Assembly: GCA_037189525.1 (NCBI GenBank)
Contig: JBBCJC010000002.1
Coordinates: 576,001 to 640,000 of the forward strand
DNA from: Gemmatimonadales bacterium
Lineage (GTDB): Bacteria > Gemmatimonadota > Gemmatimonadetes > Gemmatimonadales > GWC2-71-9
DNA length: 64,000 nt
Direction: 5' to 3'
The notes below the pieces were generated by a model, which was not told where the DNA came from, made no database searches, and saw nothing but the letters and a program-made list of their open reading frames with translations. Both the position numbers and the translations under genes were made by a program. This document shows, piece after piece, positions 50,361 through 57,688 of the stretch (its first letter is position 1; the number at the start of each line of letters is the position of its first letter).

Positions 50361-50439
50361 CATGTTGGTCTATCCGATAGAGCATTGTTGGAAATCAGAG
50401 GCGTACCCGCCTCAATAGGAGTTATGCCGTCGGCGCGGA

Positions 50440-50709
50440 TCAGTAGTGATAGCGGGCCTGCAGAAACTCCACTCGATCGTCAAACACTTCATAGACGAGG
50501 CGGTCCGCTTCGTTGATCCGGCGTGACCAGACATTGCCGCCAAGATGTTTGAGCGGTTTCGGCTTTCCAATACCGGCGAAGGGATCCCGCAAGACTGCCT
50601 CCAGTAGATCGAATACGCGCAGGGCCGTTTTGCGGTTGGTGTCCACCCAGTAGCGGAGGTCCTCCAGGCATTCATCCTGGAGGACGGCCCGCCGCGAGCG
50701 GCGGGTCAG
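50440..50709 (-). CDS. yoeB: Txe/YoeB family toxin, probably attenuated (CTG start, Glu-to-Lys in GKPEPL)
   Basis: EDLRYW, DPFAGIGKPKPLK, WSRRI..DRLVY, C-terminal RYHY. Confidence 0.85.
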   Translation of the reverse strand: MTRRSRRAVLQDECLEDLRYWVDTNRKTALRVFDLLEAVLRDPFAGIGKPKPLKHLGGNVWSRRINEADRLVYEVFDDRVEFLQARYHY

Positions 50710-50993
50710 GATGCCTCGCTCAGTCCGAGGTCCTGTCGGAGAGTCGCGAGGTCGCTCGCTTTGGTCCGGCCGCGTCGGCCGCGGGTCAACGCGGCGAGCA
50801 ACCGGGCCGCGTTCTGGGGCGATCGCAAGAGATAGGCAGTCTCCCGGAGGCTGGCCAGTTCGTCGGCCGGAATGAGCGCCATGTCCTCGTGGCCGCGGCG
50901 TTGAATGACGGCGGGTTCTCGGGAGCTCTCGACTTCGTCCCAGAGGGACGCGAGGTTCTCGCGGGCGTGGCTGTAGCTGGTTTTGACGGCCAT
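50706..50993 (-). CDS. yefM: Phd/YefM family antitoxin
   Basis: SYSHARENLASLWDEV, VIQRRG, LRETAYLLRSPQNAARL; AGGAG 7 nt before ATG. Confidence 0.92.
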   Translation of the reverse strand: MAVKTSYSHARENLASLWDEVESSREPAVIQRRGHEDMALIPADELASLRETAYLLRSPQNAARLLAALTRGRRGRTKASDLATLRQDLGLSEAS

Positions 50994-51009
50994 GGGACAT
51001 CTCCTGTCT

Positions 51010-51046
51010 TGTACAGGACTATTGTACAATGGAATAGGATTGTCAA
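51010..51046 (-). promoter_or_regulatory. yefM-yoeB operator/promoter
   Basis: TGTACA at 51010-51015 and 51023-51028 (the second within palindrome ATTGTACAAT); TTGACA and TACAAT hexamers. Confidence 0.75.
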
Positions 51047-51365
51047 GGGCAGCATAACAGGGGCCCCACCGCGCAGGGCGCGATGTGGTACTACTACTTC
51101 TATTATCTCGCGGGAGCGTGCGGGCGCCTCGAGGACGGCCTGACGGCGACAAGCGGGTTGATCACCCGTGATGAACTGTCGCCGTACCTGCACGGCATGT
51201 TCGCGATTTTGCTCACGAGCCGCCGGGATCCGCACGCGCCCGAGTCGGCCATGCGGGCAACCGGCCTCGAGAGTCTTCCCTCCGAGCGTACGATGCCATT
51301 CACCTTTGCACACCCAGCGCCGGTTAACACAGGTTTGCAGCGTGTGTGGGGCGGCCGGGTGCCAC

Positions 51366-51512
51366 ATGTCGGGCGTCGAGTCCTACTATGCCGCGTGTAA
51401 AGCTCGCGGTGTCTCATTCGCGCTGGAGCTCGGGGAACGGCCGTGGGGGATGATGGATTTTCGAGTCACAGATCCCGACGGCAATCGGATTGGCTTTGGA
51501 TCGCAGTTGTAA
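51366..51512 (+). pseudogene. C-terminal fragment of a VOC/glyoxalase/bleomycin-resistance family protein
   Basis: VESYYAACKARGV...ERPWGMMDFRVTDPDGNRIGFG; N-terminal half missing. Confidence 0.7.
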
Positions 51513-51673
51513 GCGCGCCGGGACCCCACTGTCGTCGTCCGTGCCGCACCGTCAGTACCACGCTGTCGCGGGATGGGACTCCTCTTCCGGAATCGCGGCT
51601 ACGACTCCATGTTGGTTAGAGGACGGCGCGGCCGCTCGAGGCTGCCGCTGAAACCCACAGTCCACCAGCGGCA

Positions 51674-52198
51674 ATGGAGGCGGGGGTGATTGCGGAATTG
51701 CTTGCGGGTGTCGTCCTCGGTTGTGGCGGCGCCCCGATGGAGCAGCAGATACCGGTGAGCCGAGGCCGGCAGGTGGTCCGGACGATCGACACGCTCGGTA
51801 TGCAGACCTTCGTTCCGGTCGGTCCCGCGGATGTCTGGAAGACGTTGCCGGCCGTCTATAACGAGCTGGGTCTCGAGGTGAACTTTCAGGAGTCCGCCGG
51901 TTGGAGACTCGGTACCTGCTACCAGCGGCTCCGGCTCCGGCTCGGCGGACGCAATCTTTCGACCCTGCTCGATTGTGGCGACCAGCGCGGACTGCCCAAC
52001 GCCGATCGGTACGATGTGGGGTTGACGGTCCTGACCACGTTGATGCCGTCGACCGAAAACACGTCCATCTTATACATCTTCGTACTGGGCGTTGGCCTCA
52101 ATGCTTCGGGCGCTGCCGGCGACCGGATCTGGTGCTATTCGAAGGGGGTCATCGAAGAGCAGATTCGAGAGGGCGTCGAGCGCCTGAGCCGGGCCTGA
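51674..52198 (+). CDS. hypothetical protein, possibly a lipoprotein
   Basis: 174-aa ORF; VLGC lipobox-like motif; Cys-containing LDCG and WCYSKG. Confidence 0.6.
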   Translation: MEAGVIAELLAGVVLGCGGAPMEQQIPVSRGRQVVRTIDTLGMQTFVPVGPADVWKTLPAVYNELGLEVNFQESAGWRLGTCYQRLRLRLGGRNLSTLLDCGDQRGLPNADRYDVGLTVLTTLMPSTENTSILYIFVLGVGLNASGAAGDRIWCYSKGVIEEQIREGVERLSRA

Positions 52199-52303
52199 CG
52201 CGCTCCGGCAGGCTACGGAACCTGGCAATTGTATCCCGGACTGGATACCATTGCGGGTGTGCCGAAACCTCGGCCGCCCATTCCCGTATCACAACGATAG
52301 CCC

Positions 52304-52789
52304 ATGATCGACGGACTGGTTCCGACCGCGGAACTGTTTGCGCTCCATACCAGGCTCTTCATCAATTCCATCGTCGATCTCGATGACGGCGCTGCCGCCA
52401 TGCGCCCCAACGACCGAACCAACAGCATGGCGTTCATCGGCGGTCACCTGGTCGAAACACGGGCGTGGACGGCGCGGCTCTTAGGGCTCGATATCCCGGC
52501 GCCCTTCGGCGGCCAGTTGGAACACCAGACGGGTATCGAGGAGATCGCCGTGCTGCCGTCCGTTGCCGCCATTCGAGAGCAATGGAGCGAGGTCAGCCGC
52601 CGGATCGAGGCCCGATTCGACGGGATCACCGCAGCCGAACTGGCCGCGCCATCGGGGCAGCGCTTCCCGGTCGTGGCCGGCACCTTGCTCGGCGCGCTGA
52701 CGTTTCTGATGCACCACGAGGCGTATCACATCGGGCAGCTGGGATACTTGCGGAAGTTTGTCGGCTTACCGCCGATGTCATATCGATAA
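52304..52789 (+). CDS. DinB/YfiT family protein
   Basis: NSMAFIGGHL and HHEAYHIGQL histidine triad. Confidence 0.88.
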   Translation: MIDGLVPTAELFALHTRLFINSIVDLDDGAAAMRPNDRTNSMAFIGGHLVETRAWTARLLGLDIPAPFGGQLEHQTGIEEIAVLPSVAAIREQWSEVSRRIEARFDGITAAELAAPSGQRFPVVAGTLLGALTFLMHHEAYHIGQLGYLRKFVGLPPMSYR

Positions 52790-52821
52790 GGAATCATCTT
52801 CCAAGGGAAAGGCAGTCTCGG

Positions 52822-54240
52822 ATGGGCTTCGTCAGGGTGGTGGCGCTCGGCGTCGTGGCGGGCGCGGCAGCAGGCGCGTCAGCGTGCGCGGGTAGCGGAA
52901 GTGGCGGTACCGGCAGCGGCGGGAGCAGTGGCGCAACGGGCGGACCGCATGCCGCTCTGGTCGCCCGGATCGATTCCATCATCGAGGCGCCGATCAAGGC
53001 CGGGAAGGTGGTTGGCGCGTCCGTGGCGGTGGTGAAGGGACGCGATACGATCCTGGCCAAGGCATACGGTCTCGCCAATCTCGAGCTCGACGTGCCGACT
53101 CCGCCTAACGCCATCTATGAAATCGGCTCGGTCACCAAGCAGTTCACCGGCGCCGCGATCATGCAGCTGGTGGAGCAGGGCAAGATCAGCCTCGACGATG
53201 ACATCAAGAAATACCTGCCGACGTACAACACGCAGGGACGCAAGATCGTCATCCGGCAGCTGCTCGATCATACCTCGGGTATCAAGGGCTACACCGAGAT
53301 CCCGGAGTTCCGGCAGTTCGGAGCCTATCGCCTGTCGCGCGATACGCTGCTCAATCTCTTTTCCAAGAAGCCCTTCGACTTCGAACCCGGTGACGAAGAG
53401 ATCTACAACAACTCGGCGTTCTACCTTGCCGGGCTGATCATCGAAAAGGTGAGCGACCAGTCCTACGAAGACTATGTCCAGAAGAATCTCTTCGATCGGG
53501 CCGGGATGACGCACTCGCATTACTGCAGCGAATCGAAAGTCTACAAGAACAAGGTGTCGGGTTACGACAGCGACTCCGCCGGCCCGGTACTCAAGGGGCC
53601 GCTCAGCCATATCTGGCCCTATGCCGCCGGATCGCTCTGCGCTTCGGCGCTGGATCTGGTTCGCTGGAACGAAGCGCTCCATCGTGAGGGCAAGATCCTC
53701 GGGGCGGCTGCGTATCAGACCTTCATCACGCCCGACAAGTTGAACGACGGCACCACGCTCGGGTACGCCAAGGGGATTGCGACCTACGACCGTCTGGGTC
53801 GCCGGGCGCTCCACCATGGTGGCGGGATCAATGGATTCCTCTCGCAGAACACCTATTTCCCCAACGACTCCCTGAGCGTCGTGGTCCTGTTCAATACGGC
53901 AGGGCCCGGCAGTCCGGACGCCGCCGCGCAGAAGATCGCAGAAGTGGTGCTGGGTGCGCCCGCGTCGTCGGCCAAGTCGATCGACGGTGACGCCACCCGC
54001 TTTGCCGGGACCTATACCGGCCGGGGCCGCGGCCGACCGATGGAACTCACGGTTTCGGTGGATGGCAGCAATGTGAAGGTCCGATTTCCGGGAGCCGATT
54101 CGGCTGAGACCCTGACCTATCTCGGTGACAACGTCTTCGTGCGGGACGAGGCGCGCCTGATCTTTGTCGATCAGGGCGGCAAGATCGCCAAACTTCGGCT
54201 CGATGCCGGGTACGCCAACAACGTCCTGACGCGGAAATAG
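52822..54240 (+). CDS. serine hydrolase, beta-lactamase family, secreted or lipoprotein
   Basis: IGSVTKQFT, LLDHTSG, YNN, HGGGINGF; Gly/Ser linker after the signal. Confidence 0.9.
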   Translation: MGFVRVVALGVVAGAAAGASACAGSGSGGTGSGGSSGATGGPHAALVARIDSIIEAPIKAGKVVGASVAVVKGRDTILAKAYGLANLELDVPTPPNAIYEIGSVTKQFTGAAIMQLVEQGKISLDDDIKKYLPTYNTQGRKIVIRQLLDHTSGIKGYTEIPEFRQFGAYRLSRDTLLNLFSKKPFDFEPGDEEIYNNSAFYLAGLIIEKVSDQSYEDYVQKNLFDRAGMTHSHYCSESKVYKNKVSGYDSDSAGPVLKGPLSHIWPYAAGSLCASALDLVRWNEALHREGKILGAAAYQTFITPDKLNDGTTLGYAKGIATYDRLGRRALHHGGGINGFLSQNTYFPNDSLSVVVLFNTAGPGSPDAAAQKIAEVVLGAPASSAKSIDGDATRFAGTYTGRGRGRPMELTVSVDGSNVKVRFPGADSAETLTYLGDNVFVRDEARLIFVDQGGKIAKLRLDAGYANNVLTRK

Positions 54241-54434
54241 CATCCGAGCGACTTCGTCCGGCCGGGCTTCGAGAGGTTTCTCGGGGTCCGGCCGGTCGTG
54301 CTTCCGGGCCGGTTTTGGGCGATGCCCGGATCGGAAACTTTACCCGGAGGCCAGGCGTCGATTATAGATAGATATGTCGGTCGACCTCCCGACCTCTCCC
54401 GGGTCGGTGAGCGGAGCGCCGCGAGGATCGCTCG

Positions 54435-56726
54435 GTGGCCTGGTCCCCTCTGTCGGTGCCCGAGTTGCTGGTCAAATACCCTGCTCGTGTCTTCGAGCAG
54501 GGCGTGCTGGTGTGGCAGCATGCCGGGTGGCTTCGGGTGCTTGCTCCGGTCACGCTGGTGCTCATCGCGGTCACCATTCTGGGGTACCTGCGGGCCAGCC
54601 GCGCCGGGAGGGTCGATCGTGCCGTGCTGGCAACGGTGCGCAGCCTGGCCTTGATCCTCCTGGCGCTCTGCCTCCTTCGTCCCGCCCTCTTGGTCTCGAC
54701 TTCGCTTCCTCAGCAGAACATTCTCGGCATCGTCCTCGACGACTCGAAGAGCATGCAGATCCGGGATGCTGACGCCGGGACCAGGCTGGAGCTGGTTCGG
54801 CAGCTGTTCGGGGATTCCAGCGGGTCGCTGGTTCCGAGGCTGGCGGAACGATTCGCGCTTCGATTCTATCGCTTTTCCGAGGCGCTCGAACGAGTCGACG
54901 GCCCGGCGGCGCTGCGAGGCTCGGGAAGTCGGACCGATCTGGCCACGGCGCTGGACGATGCCCGTCGCGACTTTGCCGGCGCTCCGCTTGCCGGGCTGAT
55001 CGTGGTAACCGACGGCGCCGACAATGCCGGACAGGCCATCGGCGACGCGGTGCTCGGTCTCCAGGCCGCCAAGGTTCCGGTTTATACGGTGGGCATCGGG
55101 GCCGAGCGCTTTGCGCGCGATGTCGCGGTGGATCGGATCGAGTTGCCGCATTCGACCCTCAAAGGCGCGGTGCTGGTCGGATCGGTGGCGATCCGGGCCC
55201 GCGGGGTCGCAGGAACGTCGCTGGCGCTCGTGGTCGAAGACGGCAGTAAGATCGTCGCCAACCAGGACGTGACGGTGCCGCGAGGTACGGATGTCGTCAC
55301 GGTGCCGATCCGGGTGCCGCCGCTCGAAGCAGGGGTGCGTGACATCCGCGTGTCGGTGCGCCCGGTCGATGGCGAGATCCTGTCGCAGAATAACAGTCAG
55401 AGCGCCCGGGTCGAGGTTCGGGATCGGCGGGAAAAGATCCTGTACGTCGAAGGCGGCATCCGTCCCGAGTTTGCATTTCTTCGCCGCGCTGCGCAGAGCG
55501 ACAGTAACCTGCAGGTCGTGGGCCTGCAGCGTACGGCCAAGGACAAATACCTCCGGCTTGGCGTCGACGACAGCCTCGAGCTCATCAACGGATTTCCGAC
55601 CACGCGGGCCGAGCTGTTCCGATATCGGGCGTTGATCCTGGGAAGCATCGAGGCGGCTGCCTTCAGCGCCGACCAGCTCCGCATGATTGGTGAGTATGTC
55701 AGCGATCGGGGTGGCAGCCTGCTGGCGTTGGGAGGCCGGGCCGCGCTGGGCGAAGGAGCGTTCGAGGGCACCGCGCTGGCCGATGCCCTTCCCCTCACCT
55801 TCGTCAATCGCACGGCCGACTCGGCCGAGAGCCCGATCGAACTGCAGATTCGACCGACGCCGGCCGGGTTCGGCAACGCGGCCTTGCTGCTGGCTGAGCA
55901 GCCCGAGGCGAATCAGTCCCGATGGGATTCGCTGCCGGCACTGACCAGTGTGAATCGGACCACGGGTCTCAAGCCCGGCGCTACCGCGTTGCTCGATGGC
56001 CGGACCGGCGACGGCGAAACCGTGCCCGTGCTTGCCTGGCATCGGTATGGCCGCGGACGCGCGCTGGCGTTTCCGATTCAGGACAGCTGGTTGTGGCAGA
56101 TGCACGCCTCGATTTCAGTCGAGGATCAGACCCACGAAACCCTGTGGCGCCAGCTGCTGCGTTGGATGCTGGAAGAGGTTCCCGATCGGACCGACCTGGT
56201 CGTCAGCCCGAACTACCCGGCGCCGGGCGAACGAACCACCTTACAGCTGGAACTGACCGATTCCGCCTTTCGGCGCGTCAATGATGCCCAGGTGGCGGTC
56301 GATGTGGTGAGTCCGGATGGGGCGACCCGACAGGTGCCGCTGGAATGGACGCTTGGTCGGGACGGCCAGTATGCCGGAACCTTCGTGCCGACGGAAGAAG
56401 GCGAGTACCTCCTGAGCGGCCAGGCGATTATCGGGAGCGATACCGTTCGGTTGACCACGACATCGCTGGGCGTCGCCGACCGGGGTGCTGACTTCATCAA
56501 CGCCGAGATGCGCAGCGTCCTGCTGCAGCGGGTGGCGCGCGAAACGGGCGGGCGTTTCTACACGCCCGCTACGGTGGGGTCGCTGCCGGACGACGTAGTA
56601 TTTACCGAGAGCGGTGTCACGGTACGTGAGGCGCTCGATCTGTGGGACATGCCGATCGTGCTGTTCGGGTTGCTCGGCCTGTTGGGCTTCGAATGGGTCT
56701 ACCGCCGGTATCGGGGGCTGATATGA
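54435..56726 (+). CDS. membrane protein with vWA (MIDAS), Ig-like and GATase1-like (DUF1355-type) domains
   Basis: N-terminal TMs, DDSKS MIDAS, TDG, ILYVEG..RPEF.FLRR, YGRGR, WLWQM, C-terminal LWDMP plus TM; start uncertain. Confidence 0.75.
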   Translation: MAWSPLSVPELLVKYPARVFEQGVLVWQHAGWLRVLAPVTLVLIAVTILGYLRASRAGRVDRAVLATVRSLALILLALCLLRPALLVSTSLPQQNILGIVLDDSKSMQIRDADAGTRLELVRQLFGDSSGSLVPRLAERFALRFYRFSEALERVDGPAALRGSGSRTDLATALDDARRDFAGAPLAGLIVVTDGADNAGQAIGDAVLGLQAAKVPVYTVGIGAERFARDVAVDRIELPHSTLKGAVLVGSVAIRARGVAGTSLALVVEDGSKIVANQDVTVPRGTDVVTVPIRVPPLEAGVRDIRVSVRPVDGEILSQNNSQSARVEVRDRREKILYVEGGIRPEFAFLRRAAQSDSNLQVVGLQRTAKDKYLRLGVDDSLELINGFPTTRAELFRYRALILGSIEAAAFSADQLRMIGEYVSDRGGSLLALGGRAALGEGAFEGTALADALPLTFVNRTADSAESPIELQIRPTPAGFGNAALLLAEQPEANQSRWDSLPALTSVNRTTGLKPGATALLDGRTGDGETVPVLAWHRYGRGRALAFPIQDSWLWQMHASISVEDQTHETLWRQLLRWMLEEVPDRTDLVVSPNYPAPGERTTLQLELTDSAFRRVNDAQVAVDVVSPDGATRQVPLEWTLGRDGQYAGTFVPTEEGEYLLSGQAIIGSDTVRLTTTSLGVADRGADFINAEMRSVLLQRVARETGGRFYTPATVGSLPDDVVFTESGVTVREALDLWDMPIVLFGLLGLLGFEWVYRRYRGLI

Positions 56727-57688
56727 CGCATCTGATGCTGGCTCTGATGATGGGGATGTCTCAGCCGTCGAGCGAGGTAACCCAACTCCTGGTCGTGACC
56801 GGGTTGTCGGGCGAGCCGTCGTATGCTGCGACGTTGACCACGATCGGGCGCACCGTGGTCGCCGCGGCCAAAGAGCGTTGGGGTCTGGCCGATTCCAATA
56901 TCATCTACCTGGCCGAACAGCACAGCGCTACGGCCGGTACGGCCGGCCGCTCCGATCGCGACGCGGTCGTGGCCGCAATCACTCGTCTGGCGGCATCCGG
57001 CGGTGGCAATGGAGCGGTGGTGGTTTTGCTTGCCGGGCACGGGAGTGAGCAGGCAGGCGTTGCGCGCCTCAATTTGCCCGGTCCGGACCTCACCGCGCCG
57101 GACCTGGCGATGGCGTTGCAGGCATTCGGCCGTCGTACCGTCGTCCTGGTCAATGCGGCCAGCGCCAGCGGCGGGTTCCTCGAACCTCTGGCCGCGCCGA
57201 CACGAATCGTCATCACGGCGACCAAGACTGCCCTCGAACGCAACGCGACCCGGTTCGGCGAGTACTTTGCCAAAGGGCTCACGAGCGACGAAGCGGATGC
57301 CGACAAGAATGGCCGGGTGTCACTGGCCGAAGCCTATCGGTATGCGCGGCAAGAGGTAGTTCGATCGTATCAGTCGGCCCGCCGGCTGCTGACCGAGCAT
57401 TCGCAGATCGACGACGAAGGAAAAGGTACCGGTACGGCCGAGCTTGCTGCGGGGAGTGGCGCACGCGCGGCCTCGATCAGCGTGCCGCTCAAGCCGGAAG
57501 AGCGCAGTACCGATCCGCGGGTTGCGCCGCTGCTTGCCGAGCGGCAGAGGCTCGAAGCGGCGATTGCCACGCTGCGCAGCCGGAAAGCAGCGATGGATTC
57601 GGTGGCCTATGAGCGAGAACTGGAGCGGCTGGTGGTATCGCTCGCCGAGACCAATCAGTCGATCCGTGCTATTCGAGGCACCCCATGA
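56723..57688 (+). CDS. secreted caspase/C13-like (clan CD) fold protein, catalytic Cys replaced
   Basis: VVLLAGHGS ... VLVNAASASGGF ... RIVITAT ... DADKNGRVSLAEAY. Confidence 0.6.
   Translation: MTHLMLALMMGMSQPSSEVTQLLVVTGLSGEPSYAATLTTIGRTVVAAAKERWGLADSNIIYLAEQHSATAGTAGRSDRDAVVAAITRLAASGGGNGAVVVLLAGHGSEQAGVARLNLPGPDLTAPDLAMALQAFGRRTVVLVNAASASGGFLEPLAAPTRIVITATKTALERNATRFGEYFAKGLTSDEADADKNGRVSLAEAYRYARQEVVRSYQSARRLLTEHSQIDDEGKGTGTAELAAGSGARAASISVPLKPEERSTDPRVAPLLAERQRLEAAIATLRSRKAAMDSVAYERELERLVVSLAETNQSIRAIRGTP

Larger units (their letters stand above)
50421..51058. mobile_element. integron gene-cassette-like unit carrying yefM-yoeB
   Basis: Bounded by complementary cores GTTATGC (50421-50427) and GCATAAC (51052-51058); no intact attC or integrase seen. 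Confidence 0.45.

Noticed and set aside
50440..51000. 186-aa N-terminally extended YoeB
   Set aside because: The extension is an alternative frame of yefM with no RBS spacing; an open frame of this length is expected by chance at this GC content.
50361..51616. 9-bp direct repeat CATGTTGGT (50361 and 51608) as a target-site duplication
   Set aside because: The HAD reading frame does not resume after the second copy (immediate TAG), and no transposase or terminal repeats are visible.
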